Positions 48,328-62,845 of a stretch of DNA of 64,000 bases are shown here, in pieces. Position numbers and translations under genes: made by a program. The notes beneath the pieces were generated by a model. That model did not search any database and was not told the origin of the DNA. It saw nothing but the letters and a program-made list of their open reading frames with translations. The first letter of the stretch is position 1. Every line of letters begins with the position of its first letter. This DNA comes from Paraspadella gotoi (taxonomy: Eukaryota; Animalia; Chaetognatha): the NCBI GenBank assembly GCA_051294375.1, contig CM119265.1, forward strand, positions 17,488,018-17,552,017, read 5' to 3'.

Positions 48328-49783
48328 TGAAGAGAGAGAGAAGAGAGAGAAAGATATAATGTGCATGCTTATAGGCGGGGTAAACCTAGGCAATGCCCAC
48401 TTACAAATATATATATGATGTTATATATTATAATTGTATATATAATATAGAGAGAGAGCGGAGAAAAGAGACAAACCTAAACCTCAATTCCCCACCAGGA
48501 GCGCTACCTCCGCTGGCACAAAACTCAGCGAGACCCATACGCTCGCTTCCGCTCGTCAACGCGGTGGATTATTTCGAATTCCTTTGGCGCCGAAAGATTA
48601 TCTTGACTTCCGGTTGAAAGCGGAATACGATCAGGTCCGTTCAAAAGTTGGAGGAAATGAAAAGAGTTTAATCAATGAATAAGTTAAGCATTTAAAATAA
48701 ATAGACAACTAGGTGATAGTGTTGCGTGTTCCCTGTTTTTCGTGAATAATGACATCGTAAGGCAAGTGTAAAGTTAGAAAGGAACAATTTGCTCTTAAAA
48801 CACGAAAAATGTATTGATGATTAAAAGAGGAAAGATATATTTTATATAATTGTTTAACTTTCTAGCCCACGAGTTTTCGAACTCGGAAACTCCGGCGTGT
48901 GCAAAGCAGCCCCAAGACGCATGGGACAACGAACTTACCCTACGGGACCGCGCCAACTCAGGAACCGCACTCATTCTTCCTGAAAGTTCGACAATGCCGC
49001 TGGAAAACTCAAGCATCCACTCAAGTAAGTCACCGCGCGTTTTGGATTTTTAATGGTTAAAAAAAAAGTTTTGGAATGAGTCATATCATATATATTTGCG
49101 ATATGATTGATTACGATAAGCACAAAATTATTACCCGCACGCCCCCTTCGCCCGGCAGAGTCTACACCCTAAACCAGTGTGCGGGCGGCGGCAACTCCAA
49201 GTGCTACCAAGACCGTTGCTGGCCGGAGAAGACCTCCCGTCCCTATGCGGAGAAAATCATGGGCTTCATCCCAGCGCCTCACATTTCTCTCACCAAGAAC
49301 GGATACGGAAGGAAGCCCGACGGAACCTTCTACGCCGTTTGAGGGAGAAAGGGGGTTTGGTGTGGGGGAAAGAGTCGCTAGAGATGGGGTCGTTGCGTTG
49401 TGGATTTGTTTTTTTTTTGGGGGGGGGAAGGTGGCGTTGCGCAGAAAGACGATTGTCATGTCTACTTCGAGTATTGTATCTACGGAATTATTAATAAAAA
49501 ACCAAAAAAAATTAGACGTAAAACGAATACGGTGAAAGATTATACACGAAAGCCATTTTCGTTCACTCTTGATTTGCTCTTGACTCGGATCATTATATCT
49601 CGCTTGTGTAATTTATAAATTTGAAATTGAATTTCATAACTAAAATTAAGAAAAGAAAGAAGGAATTAACAGAAAAGTAATGAAGGAAGAAAAACAGAGA
49701 ACAAGATGGACGGTTTGATGCATGTAGGAGGAAAGAAGGAGCCGAGTCTGAAATATCGATTTTTCTCCGCTCTCTCTCTCTCC
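42770..49783. repeat. Copy 2 of the block, probable assembly artefact
   Basis: Follows a 25-N spacer, starts with AAAGAGAGAGAT, and carries dense 1-bp indels that frameshift the onecut exons. Confidence 0.9.
48155..49342 (+). CDS. CFAP276: CFAP276/C1orf194, complete four-exon copy with indel noise
   Basis: Same exons 1-2 plus exon 3 (~48865-49024) and last exon ~49159-49342 ending PHISLTKNGYGRKPDGTFYAV-TGA, like the C1orf194 C-terminal PH..T..GYSRK.DGGFF motif. Frameshifts are probably sequencing errors. Confidence 0.68.
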
Positions 49784-49808
49784 NNNNNNNNNNNNNNNNN
49801 NNNNNNNN
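49784..49808. other. Assembly gap (25 N)
   Basis: N run of 25. Confidence 0.99.
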
Positions 49809-52800
49809 AAAGAGAGAGATTATTGCCATTATGTTTAGCAGAAGAAAATCACTGTACTCAAATGTGAAGATCAAATGAAAAATGAATTACTTCTTTCAAG
49901 AGAAAAACATATGAAAAGACTTAAATATTAATTACTAATTTAACTTAAAGTCGCTTATTCGTTGATATGTAGGCTATTGGTGGCAGATTATGATTGAAGT
50001 GCTCAAAATGAAAGTGGCATTAGTTGTTGTGGAATCCGTGCTCGAAAACGCATTGAATTTTGTTTACAAATTTATTAAAGTTTAAAATTCCATTAAGGTA
50101 AATTAAATCTTTTGCTAGAATTGGATTAAACACTTTTGAACGGAAAACTTCATTCAAAGATTATTATTTTTTGGTTTAATTTTTTAGAATTACTCAACTG
50201 TCTTTCAGCCAACTGAATCTGCCAATTCCAATTTTTTTAAAGAATTAATTACATTCGCAAACAAGACAAAGAAAAAAGGATAGGCTTTTTTTAACGTTGG
50301 GCATTGGAAATGATTACCAAGTTGCTTTCCGGAATTTTGTAATGAATATGAACTGGTATCAGTTAAGCAAAAATCAAGGGAAAAAGATATGGGATTTCGA
50401 AAATTATTTCCTCCACGAGCTAGCGGACTTGTAGCTCATTGAAAATAGTTGACACAAATACATCAATGATAGAGCAACAACATGTCGAATTTTGTCGATC
50501 ATATAAATAAAAAGACCAGTGATATAATTTTCGGCTAAATTTTATGATTTAAAGTGGGAAAGAAAAAAAGTTAAAATCATAATTTTTTTAAAGTAAATTT
50601 TCAGACTAATCAGTTGTTTAAAAGAAAAGGGTAAATTATAAACGTTTTAGTAAAACGTAAAGTTAAAACATTTTTTTTAATCACTGGAAGCGCAATTGGC
50701 TCAAAGCCAAGGTTCAACAATAATTTAAATTTGTTAAATCAGACTTTCGTACTTAGCAATCAATCGTTTTTTAAAACATAAAAAAATTGTTTTTTCACCA
50801 AAAAATATTGGAAGGCAAAATAAAGAGGAGAAGATTATAACAAGCTCACTTTTTTATTCCCGTACATCGAGGGTGAAGTAATTAAGGTTGTGACAGTCAA
50901 CGTTCACAAAAAAAGACTTAATTATCATAAATAATTATAATAATTAAAAATCGTGGTATAATTTACAAAAATAATAAATTACTGGAAAACTTTGCCGGCA
51001 GGTTTCACAGAGAAAATGCACTCAAATCGATCTGCTTTTCTTCCTTCTCCTTTTTTCTCTCGTCATCATCGCCCAAAGTTTTTGACTAATTTCAAATATT
51101 TAAGGCGGTTTTTCCTTTTTAAAAAGAAGAATAAGAAGAAAGAATAGAAAAAAAACAAACTACAACTGCAGCTTTAAATGGTGAAGGGACGAAACCGGTA
51201 AGGCCATCGTAGTGAATTGGGATATATTTTTTTTCCAATTTTGACTGAAGATTCTCTATTAGAGTTTTTTTAACCGAAGGCTTTGGGCGAGCGCGAGCAA
51301 GGGTGAACGGACTGATACCGAGGTCGATTGAAGATGCGGACAAGCGCCGGTAGTTTCGACGAGGATTTGCGCACGACGGCGCCGCGTGCGCCACGTTTGC
51401 TGTACGCACGCAGCTTGTCCTCGTGGCCGGGCGGGACAGTGATGCTAACCACTTTTAACAGTTTTAGTGAAACGGCGCCTCTTCTCTAAGAAATTTTTTT
51501 TTTTTCTTTCTCTCTTTTCTCGCTTATCGATTTTTCGATACAGTCGTCGCTAAGGAAAAAAAGGGGGAGAGGAAGCGAGAGAGAGAGAGAGAGAGAGGGA
51601 GGAGAGAGAGAGAGAGAGAGAGATGAGAGAGGGCAACGAAGAGCGGAGAGGCGAGAAAAAAAAATGGAAAGAGTAGAAAAAAAATTGGGAAGGAAAGAAG
51701 GGAATATTGTAACAGAAGAGGAAAGCGAATCGAAATATTGGCTAAAATGAAAAAGAAAAGAAAAAGAAGAAGTAAAAGATATTGTTCTTAATAATATTTA
51801 AACAATAGAAGAGAAATAGAAGAAGAAATAAGAAAAAAAAATGCGATGGACTAGAAAATTATAACGAAAAATGTGGTTAATTTGAAGAGAAACGAGAGAA
51901 AGATTGATTCCTCAAAACTTTGGTCGCCCAACGAAAACGGAAACTCGGCCCACGCCGATTTCCGGTCCGCGAAATCTTCGCCGTCTCCAACGAGACGCCC
52001 TCGAACGGACGCCGCCGCGACGACGCCTCAAGTGGCAGCCCCGGGTCGCCTGATTCCAAAGTCACGCCTCCACCGTCCTTTTCGGCAGATGGGATCGCCA
52101 TAAATTGATTTCCGGTTCACGTGACGCGACGACATCGCCAAAGATTTTGAATGATGATGATGATTGAAGTTGCGAAGGATGAATGATGATGATGATGATT
52201 AAGAAGGATTGTTGAATGAGGCACGGAGGGCGAGAAGGAAAAAGTTGGGCGGCGTGGCGGCGAGGAGGCCCATTCCAAGAGAACAAATCCCAACGAAACG
52301 GAGACACGCGGCGACGGCCGTCCACACCTTTCGGCCGCCGCCGACGCCCGCCTTCGCAACTTCCGCGTTATTCGCCGTCGTCGTCGCGCGAACGCGACGC
52401 CGTTTCGCGACGTCGTTCGTTTCCGTCGTCGCGATCGTCATTTCTTCGTTTCCTTCCGTCGTCTCCGTCGTTTCGCGCGTCGTGGCGGCCGCGAAGCGCA
52501 AACGAATGCTGCCTGTTGGCTGCTGCGCTCCTCCTCCGCTGCGCCTGCGGCCGACAGCGCCCGTCCAGCGATCGCCGGTGGGCTGTCCATCAAGGGGTCC
52601 AGGTCCTGAGGGCGACAGCGCCGGCCAGAGACGCCCTCGTCCAGCGAAGTCAACGTTTGGCGAAGTGCGCGTGGAAAGACGTCCGGCGTCGTTCGCCAGG
52701 GTACGGGCGGCGCGGGCGGAGCCGGAAAGTCCCAGCAGCGAGGGCCTGCTGGCTCTGCCGCGGCGGCGGCCTTTGCGCGGCCCGGCCGCCCTGTCGCTGC

Positions 52801-54681
52801 TTCCTGCCTCCTCCCACTTTGTCGATGCTTCGGCCGACGCGCGTTTCATGAAGAAGTTTGGAAACGGTGGAGAGTTTCCGAGTCCGAGTTGTTGCTTGAT
52901 CCGTCATCTGCATCTCTTTCGGAGGCCGCTTCCGTCCTCGCGGAAGATGGCCAAGAGGGTCGCGCTGCGGGACGGGGGAGGGAGAGAAGGAGAAGGGGGG
53001 AGGAAGAGGGGAGGAAAAGGGGAGGACATTGGAAGGTAAGGTAAGGGTAAGGGTTAGGGAAAGGGGGCGGAGATGAAGAAGCAGGCAATTTTTTTTTAAA
53101 CGCAATAGATAAGCGATATATTACTAAAGTAATTTGATTAAACTTCCAAATATCTTAAAGTTTAATGAGGCGATTTTTTAAACAACACCTTTTAATGCAC
53201 TCTAATACCTGAATGTTCGGTGAAAACGAGTCTGGGTTTTTTGGGTTCCCATTTTTGAGGTTTCAACGGGGGAAATCGGGGACGTTGGGTTTGCGTTTGA
53301 CGGCTCCCGTTTCGTCCTTTCGTTTGCAAGGCTGAAGGAGAAAGAGAAAAGTTTCAATTACAATCGGTAATATGAAACCGTTACACATACAATATATATA
53401 CTAGATTGGTGGAGTAAAATACAAGTGAGTGACAAATCTCAGTGAAACAGTTTTCTTTGTTTGGTTTTTGTTTGTTTGTTTTGTTTTTTTTTGTGAGGCA
53501 TCGGCAGGAATACAACTTTTCCAAGAAAAGTAAGAATCAAACGGAAGAGAGACACGGGCAATTTCCCGTAGAAATGGGAATCGGTCCCTGTGGGGATCAA
53601 ACAGGGGGCAAATCATTAGCAACTCGACTGAAATTTCAAAATCGCCCCTTGCTTCTGATTCCTCTCCTCTCGTTATAGATAGACCCCAGCTTGTTAAGTT
53701 TCAAAATAGCATTGACAATGAGAGTATAAACTCCGTAAATTGTGGTTAACGTAATTAAATTATTCAAATCACAAAATTCCTCTGTTCCAGTATGAAACTT
53801 CGACGATCGTTAACAACTGGTAAACGTTTTTAATCTCGGCTCCCTTTTTAATTTCTTTCGCCTTCTCCGTTGATCTTTCGGCCGCCACCGGCGCGCGCGC
53901 CAAAGCAAATTTCGATAAAAATCGGCGCTGGAGATTCCCGCCCGGCCCGCCGCCAAGTCGCCTGGGAATTTTTTTTCCCTCTCTCTCTCTCTCTTCTCTT
54001 CTCTTTCTCGTCTCTGGCCTTTCCTCCTCTCTTCTCTCCGTAACGGACGGCTCGATATCTACGGCAGTCTGCTTCTGTTTCATCCGAAAACCGATCGATT
54101 TTCCCATGTGGCCCACATTCCAAGTGGTTGCGGCTCGTCCTGAGTTCAAAGAGGTCAATCGACGGAGAAAGCCGCAGATAATTTTCGTCCTTCCCCGATT
54201 TTCCCTTTTTTTTTTTTTTTCTTGTAGATGCATCTGGTTGTTGTTTAATCTTTGTATTTTAATGTTCAATCGTTTATATTTGAAATGCTGCTGTAGTGGG
54301 CAATCGTGAAAGCCGAGAACGATGGGGCAATTCAATAGCGTTGACTCCGCATGAAGAGTCGGAAGTATTCAGATTTATGCTTTAATAAAATTAATAACTT
54401 TTTTTGCAAGTTAAAAAAAATATTCGTGTTTTTTGTCCAAGGAAGGAAGTAATTGACAAACTTAAAAATTGGTTTACCGACATTGAAGCGTTCAAACGGA
54501 AAGTGTTAATTTTTTTTTTTTTTTTGTCAGTATTTTACATAGTTGTTTCGCGACGGTTTTTTGTGGTGTTTTCTTTTCCTATCGATTCGCGTTGGCCTCC
54601 CGCAGTCAGAGCTTTTGCCAATTTCGCAGCGAAAAATATCGGAAAAGTTGAGAGAGAAGAGAGAGAAGAGAGAGAGAGAGA

Positions 54682-54719
<38 letters not shown>

Positions 54720-55516
54720 GAGGGAAGAGGAGGAAAAAAGGAAAAAAAGGAAAAAAAAAGGAAAAAAGAGAAGAGAAGAGAGGAAACTTGCGTGAGAAGG
54801 AAAATGGTGTAAACCGAGCCTCGGATTTTCCAATGGGCGGTTTACACTTTTTAAAGAGAAGAGCTTTTGACGGTCGAAAGACCCGAACGTTTCAGTTCCA
54901 GAGCGGTTTGCTTTATACGATTTTTCAATTTCTTGCTCTTATTTTACTCGCGTATTTTGCAAAAATTAAAATTTAAATAAAAGAGAAACATTTACGGTTT
55001 TAAAGACCTTAGGTTTCTCTTTTTCAGTCTCTCCCTTCTCCCTCCCATTCCTATTCCCTTTCCTTCTATCTCTCTCAGCTTTCCCCGAACGCCTGCTCGG
55101 TCTCGATCTCTCTCTAGCGGCTTTCTTTTTCTCGCTCTTTTCAAAAAAAAAAAAAAAAAGGCGAAAAGTTGACATAAAAGTCAAAATAGTCCCGATGCAA
55201 CGAGCGGAAACTAGCGGACGAAAAGAGGCGCTGCTTACTCTCTCCGTTCCTTTTTTTTATAATCATTTTTTTTTTTCGTCGCCCCCCCATTTTTTTTTAA
55301 CTTTTTTCTAGTTTTTGGTGATTTTTTTTTTTAAAAAAACCTTTTCCCCGTATAGCAGATTCGGTGTTTTTTTTTTTTTTTTCCCTTATTTTGTTTTTCC
55401 TCGCCTGAAAGCGGGTTTAATGGCCGACGACGAACCTGGGAAGAAATTAAAATGTCCCCGACGGAACAGGATCAGGGGGTTCCGATCCCAATTTTAAACG
55501 ATTGCGAAAGTAAGAA

Positions 55517-55604
<88 letters not shown>

Positions 55605-57145
55605 AGAGAGAAGAGAGAGAAAAGATATAATAAGTGTCATGCTTATAGGCGCCGGGTGAACCTAGGCCAATGCCCACTTACAAATATAATATATATGTTA
55701 TATAATTATATATTGTAATATATATATAGAGAGAGAGCGGGAGAAAAGAGACAAACCTAAACGCTGCAATTTCCCCCAACCAGGAGCGCTACCTCCGCTG
55801 GCACAAAACTCAGCGAGACCCATATACGCTCGCTTCCGCCTCGTCAACGCGGTGGATTATTTCGAATTTCCTTTGGCGGCCTAAAGATTATCTTGACTTT
55901 CGGTTGAAAGCGGAAATAACGATCAGGTCCGTTCAAGTTTTGGAGGAAAATGAAAGAGGTTTAATCAATGAATAAGGTTAAGCATTTAAAAAATTAAAAT
56001 AGACAACTAGAGTGATTAGTGTTTGCGTGTTCCCTGTGGGTTTTCGTGAATAATGGAACATCGTAAGGCAAGGTAAAGATTAGAAAGGGAACATTTGGTC
56101 TTAAAACAGAAAAATGTATTGATGAGTAAAAGAGGAAAGATATATTTTTTATATAATTAGTTTAACTTTCTAGCCACCGAGTTTTTCGAACGTCGGAAAC
56201 GCCGGCGTGGTGGCAAAAGCAGCCCCAAGACGCATGGGACAACGGAAAACTTACCCTACGGGACCGCGGCGCAACTCAGGAACCGCACTATCTTCCTGGA
56301 AAGTCGACAAGCCGCTGGAAAACTCAAGCATCCACTCAGTAATGTTACCCGCGCGTTTTGGATTTTGATGGTTAAAAAAAAAGTTTTGGAATGAGTGCAA
56401 TATCATAATCATATATTGATATGATTGAATTACGATAAGCACAAAATTATTACCCCCCGCCCGCCCCCCCTTCGCCGACAGAGTCTAACAACCCTAAACC
56501 AGTGGTGCGGGCAGGCGGCAACTCCCAAAGTGCTACCCAAGACCGTTGCTTGGCCGGAGAAGACTTCCCGTTCCCCTAATGCGGAGAAAATCATGGGCCT
56601 TCAATCCAAGCGCCTTCAAACATTCTCTCTCACGCAAGACGGATATGGAAGGAAGCCCGACCGGAACCTTTACGGGCCGTTTAGGGAAGAAAGGGGGGTT
56701 TGGTGTGGGAAAGAGTGGCAAGAGATGGGGGTCGTTGCGGGTTGTGGAGTTGTTTTTTTTTTTTTTGGGGGGGGAAGGTGGCGTTTGCGCAGAAAGAACG
56801 AATTGTCATGTTCTACTTCGAGTATGTGTAATCTACGGAATTATTAATAAAAAACAAAAAAAAATTTAAGACGTAAAACGAATACGGTGAAAGATTATAC
56901 ACGAAAGCCATTTTCGTTCAACTCTTGATTTGCTCTTGACTCTGAATCATTCATATCTCGCTTGTGTAATTTTATAAAATTTGAAATTGAATTTTCATAA
57001 CTAAAATTAAGAAAATGAAAAGAAGGGAATTAACAGAAAGTAATGAAGGAAGAAAAACAGAGAACAAAGATGGACGGTTTGATGCATGTAGGAGGAAAGA
57101 AAGGAGCCGAGTCTGAAAATATAGAATTTTTTCTCCGCTCTCTCT
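49809..57145. repeat. Copy 3 of the block, probable assembly artefact
   Basis: Follows a second 25-N spacer, has the identical start AAAGAGAGAGATTATTGCC, and shows insertion-biased indel noise. Confidence 0.9.
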
Positions 57146-58254
57146 CCTCTCCGAACTCTTCTCTCTCTTCTCTCTCTCTCTCTCCTGCTCTCTCTCTCCT
57201 CTCTCTCTCTCTTCTTCTCTCTGCCTCTCTCTCCTTCTCTCCTCTCCGACTCTCTCTGTCCTCTCTCCTTTCTGTTTCTCCCTCTCCTGTTTCTCTCTCT
57301 TCGTTTCTGGAAAGGCCAAAGGCTCCTCTGCTACAAAAACATGCATGTAAATTGGAATTGTCACAGATTCAATTTGTCCCTTAGGAAGTCTCTCTTGGTT
57401 TTAAAAGCCAACAGTTTCGAACGGAAGAAGGGACTCATCACGAGCTAACTAGTAGAGCGGATGATATAATGATCGTAAATTTAGTTTGTTCAAACAATCG
57501 TCGGTGATTCGATGCAAAAAAACTACATTTTAGTCTTATTTTATTATAAGTTTGCATTCGTCGTATTTTCGTCGAATCTCGTTCGTCCTCATTCTTCGTC
57601 GTTTATCCGGCAGGAGTTCGCCGCATTTTCCAGTTTTCTGAGGTTTTCTTTTTTTTTTCTTCTCTTCCTTTTGTCTTTTGTTTGGCCTTCGATGGAACCT
57701 TTTGTTTTTCTTAATTTCCCGGCGCTGTTTTCCGTGACCGCGGGGCTAATCAGGTAATGGGCGCCTCCGTCGCCGAAACATACGCCGTCATTACGCCGAC
57801 TAAGCTCCGCCGTTCTCTGTCTTACTCCGACTACCTTACTCCGACGCTCGACTCACCCTGCCTCACCCATCGATGCCGAAGACAATGAAAACAACAAGAG
57901 GATCGAGGTCGGGGAAAAGGCGGAAAGAAATCCCGTTCGAAATTGCGTCTTTGGATCATCTAATGAGATCACTGGATACTAAACTAACTATAATTATGTT
58001 ATAGAATGGTTCTAAAAAAAAGTGTTCTTATTCTCTTACTTTCTCATTCTTATAACTTCTTCTTATTTCTTCTCTTTTTCTGTTTGATTTATTTCAGTTT
58101 GATTTTTCTTTTATCTTCTTTTTCCCTTACCTCGTTTCTTTTTTTCTCTCTTATCTCCATCACATCTCCCGGGCGTTCTTCTTCTTTCCTCCCTTTCCTT
58201 CCCCCCCGTCCCGGAGTCCTAATCGAAGCGAATGATTTTTAATGCGACCGCGCG

Positions 58255-58267
58255 TCTCTCTCTCTCT

Positions 58268-58344
<77 letters not shown>
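58255..58344. repeat. (CT)n microsatellite
   Basis: Near-perfect CT run. Confidence 0.95.
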
Positions 58345-58346
<2 letters not shown>

Positions 58347-61300
58347 CGACTCTCCCCCGCCCCCTCAAATCGCTTCATTGATTTATGGCACCAATTTGTG
58401 CCACGGGGGAAAATTTTCAAAGTCGCTTCTGGATCAAAGTTCGGGGCTGATTCCGTCTGCCTCGGCTAGGGCCTATCGCCCTATCGGGTGTAGTCGCTTA
58501 ACAACCGGCGTTTTACGGCAAAACCGACAAACGAAAAAGAAAAAGTTTGAGTACCGCGTATTTCGGTTAAACTTAAAGTTAAAGCAATTCCAAATATGGA
58601 ATGGAAAGTAAACCCTTCCTCGTTAAAGTTTTGTTTCGCTTTGTTCTTAGACACGACGAAGGGAAAAGAAAACAGGAAATAAAAAAAAATCATTTCTGTT
58701 TTTTGGGAAAAGTAGAAAACGATTATCCAGAAAATCTTTAACAATATCTTTTGGCTGTTGTAAATTAATTTTCTTATTAATCAACTTATATTTTTTTTTT
58801 ACATTTCTTTGATATTAACTTAATTTCAGGTTAATCTATATTCTAATTTTCCCAAAAAAAATTCGAACGTCAGGATTTCTTTTCAGTTTCTCTCTTAGAG
58901 CTTCCTGATTTCTCCCATCTCCAACTAAAAGTCTCTCCCTTTTCGGTTTTCCTCTCCCTCGCCATCATTCCCTCTATAAAAACTCCCCTTAATACTCATT
59001 CGTTTCGCTTCCGGTCGATCGCCACGCCCCCTAAGCCCGTCGGGTCATCTTACGCCGCTCGGTCTTTCCCAGGGGTCGCATTCCCGCCAAATCCCCCTCT
59101 CACAGCGGACGGGCCACCCGGCCACCCCGCACTCAAATCTCACCCTATCGACAATTCTCTTCCATTCCCCATCACTCTTTCAGATCCAGCTCCCTCTGCT
59201 GCACTCCAGCTCGCGTCACCCCTGGCATTCTCGACCTCGCTTCCAGGGTCTTGCTTCCCGCTCACCCGTCACCCCACGGCCCTGCCTTTTTCGGGGTCGC
59301 GCCCGCTGTGGCCCGCCTTTCGCTTTCAGTCCCTCGTCTTATCGCGGCGACGCACGAACGTCGACCGCGCCCTCGTGTCACAGCCTCCTCCTCCTCCTCC
59401 TCATCCTCTTATCTCCTCATCCTCCGCCTCCACGACCTCCTTTGCCTTTTTTTATCTTTTATCTCGTCCGCCGACTTTCGCGCGCTTACTTACTTTACTT
59501 ACCTTCTAACCTATTTTTCTTTTTTTACTTTTAGCACTTGAGTTTAATTACAAATTACAAAGAAATTGCATTGTAACGAAAATTAGCATTGAGAAAGTAG
59601 CAAGAAATATAAAAATTTGAGAGTAAAAAAGGTAAAGAAACCGAATAAATTACATTGTGCAATTTGTACGTCCTTTTTCTTCTCGCCTCCTTCCTCCCCT
59701 TTTTCCCCCTTTTCCCCTTCCTCCCCCTTTACCCTCTTTTTTCCTTCCTTCCCTTTTTTCCCCTTTTCTCCATCCTCCCTTTCTTTTCCCTTCGATATTT
59801 CTCCCTCCGCCGATGTTTCCTTTTCGGGTGAGTACCTCGAACCTCACCTTTTCTCCATGACTCCTCATTCGCTTTCCTTCCTTAAATCCTTTGATTCAGT
59901 CTACAGACTGGTTCCTCACCTTTTAATTTTCATCGTTTCCGCTTTGATCTCCGGGTTTTCAAATTACATTTACAACGTTAATATTTCAGTTTATCTATGT
60001 ATAGTATAAAATATATATAAATACAATATATATACATCTATGTATTGTATACAAACAATATCACCGCCCAAACTCATGGCTCATCTCCCTCTCCGAAGAC
60101 CAATTCCAATCCTTTCCGAAAGTGGGCGTGGTCGTGATCTTTTTGGCCGCCAAAAGTGTTGATCCTTCTGAGGAAAATAAAAAAAAAAATCCTCGTTTAT
60201 TGCTGCTATGGGTCGCGATAATGTGGAAGGGAAGAGAGAGGTTCTGGACCGAAGATGGTGGGTTATGTGGAGAATCGTGTGGTGTGTCCACGGCGAGAGT
60301 CTCATTCCTCGATCTCGGTAGCGTGACCCTCTACCTCGTGGCGAGACCCCATTCGCGACCTAGGCGACCTGGGACTAAAAACAGTTTTTTTTTCTTTTTT
60401 TTTCATTATTATCTGTCTTTTTTATTTCTTTTTTCTTCTATCCTACAAGTAAAAAGGAAAAAAAGGATAGATAGATTCATAGAAAGAAATTCAGAGACGT
60501 AAGAGAGTAAAGCGAAAAATAAAAGAAAAACAAACAAGAAAGAAAGAAAGCAAAAAAGAAAGGAGGAGAGAATCGATGAAGAAAGAAAGAAAGAAAGAAA
60601 GAAAGAACAGAAGAAAAAAAAAGAGAGACGTACAGAGAGACAGGGACTACAGCGCGAAAGGTTGTGTCCAGACAAGATATCGTTCGCATTAGCGAAGATC
60701 AATCTTCCACGGTTATTTCCCTCCTCTTCCTCTTTCCTATCGAATAACACGTGTCTCCTCCTCCGCGAGTTCCTCCTCCCCCCCCTGCGATTTCCTCTCT
60801 TCATGTTTGCGAGGTGACTGCAGGTTAAAAGCCAACGTCTTCTGCGATCCGAAAGGTTTGACCAGAAAAGGACTGAGAAGTAAGGAAGAAGGGAGAAGGA
60901 GAAGGAGAAGGAAGAGTAGCAGGGAAGAGGAAAAAGGGGAGGAACTCGGAAAGGAAGGGCCGAGCTAAAATAAGTTTCTTCGTTTCGTTTAATGGAAACT
61001 AACGGAAATGCGGTAAGTGAAGTGACAACGACAAGTCAAGTATTTACAGGAACGGAAATTGTTTTGCAATTTATATGTAGCAGACTTTTTATAAAAAAAA
61101 AAAATTCACCCATGCTCTTAACGGAGACAAACACTGAAATGAGAGAAACCTAAAAGCCAAGAACCCCCCCCCCCCTCCGCGAATGAGAGCATCGACCCTC
61201 TTTTCTTGGGTTCGACGGGCGGTGACCTCGCGACCCGCCGGCGACCGGGCCATCGCCCATCTTTGACCGATATCACTTTTCGAGGTCGAAGATAATTTGC

Positions 61301-61954
61301 GAAACAAAGCGCGAAGCACCAAAATCTCGACGAAACGAAAATAAAAGGGGGGCTTGGATTCGATGTCGAGTCCAACGTGCCAGGCGTCGACTCGAGCGGG
61401 ACGTCCGCCCGAATGCGGGCTTTCGAGCTCGCGCCCATCTCACGTTTCGCTCAAGACTATTTCTTGAGCTGCTCGTATTTACCGTATTTTCGCGGCGTCG
61501 TTTCTGATTTCGATCTTTCAATCGACGGACGATCACGATTGACTATCGACCTATTCGCAAATCGCAAATTCGCAAATCGCAAAATTCGCAAATCGCACGT
61601 CGCCGTCCGTCAAAGGCGTTCGTCGACTTTTTTTCAGCGTCTTTTTCTCTTTTTTACGTTTGCTTATTAAAAAGATGAAGAATGAGGAGGAGGAGGAGGA
61701 GGAGGAGGATTTCTCGATTGGTCAGGATTGAAATTGAAATCACGTCGAATGTCGGCCAGAGACGCTCTCTAAGGCGGCGTGGGGAAGGGGGTGGAAGGAG
61801 GGATGCGAGTGCAAAGGGAGGTCGAGGGGAAGAGGGGGCAAAAGAATTTAGAAAAGTGAAAAGATTTCGTGGTTTAGTCTCGAATTCAAAGTTCAAATGT
61901 TCGAGTTCAAATGTTTTTTATCTTTCTCTCTAACACACTCTGTTCCCTCCTTTC

Positions 61955-61971
61955 TTTTCTCTCTCTCTCTC

Positions 61972-62010
<39 letters not shown>

Positions 62011-62018
62011 CTCGTCTC

Positions 62019-62085
<67 letters not shown>

Positions 62086-62466
62086 CTCTCTCTCTCTCTC
62101 TTCTCTCTTTCACGCGCGTAGAATGTGACACTTTACGTCACGGCGTCCGTCTTGTCATCTGTTAGCTCCATCAAACGTCGTCGTCGCCGTCGTCGTTCGT
62201 CGTCGTCAGTCGTCGTCGTCGCCGCCGCCACCAAGTCACGGTAGGCGTAGGTGGAGAGAGTAAAAGGGGCTCAGTTCGGAGAGGGTGGAGAGGCGTGAAG
62301 TAAGGCGGGCGCGACGTTGGGCGGATGAGAGGAAAGGGAAAAGTGTCAAAAATTGACCTCGGGAAAGAAGTGCGCACACGGCCGGCGCGTGACCCGACAT
62401 CTGACCTTTAGGAAGATGCGCACCTGACTTCATCTTTCTCTTTTGCCAATATATAAAGATGCTTCG

Positions 62467-62542
<76 letters not shown>

Positions 62543-62751
62543 GAATCATTAAATCATATCGACGGGCTCAATGAGGTGACGATTCTGTTATCGGAGAAAT
62601 GATGAAAAATCCGCAAACTGGAAAAGTTTTTTTTTTTTTTTTGCAGGAAAATCATTTTTTTCTCGACTCAACCGCACGAAGAGGCTTAACCACCCGATTC
62701 ATCCTTTTAATCAACGTCTAGGAAATTCTCTCTTCTCTTTCTCTCTCTCTC

Positions 62752-62793
<42 letters not shown>

Positions 62794-62794
62794 T

Positions 62795-62845
<51 letters not shown>
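61955..62845. repeat. Cluster of CT/GA microsatellites (~61955-62108, 62470-62542, 62727-62842)
   Basis: Three long dinucleotide tracts of alternating orientation in non-coding sequence. Confidence 0.93.

Noticed and set aside
44870-53331. Frameshifted onecut copies as true pseudogenes
   Set aside because: Indel pattern, adapter remnant and 25-N spacers point to uncorrected long-read sequence.
61554-61598. Short (ATTCGCAAATCGCAA)x3 tandem repeat as a CRISPR-like or regulatory array
   Set aside because: No spacers, eukaryotic context; an ordinary minisatellite with no evidence of function.
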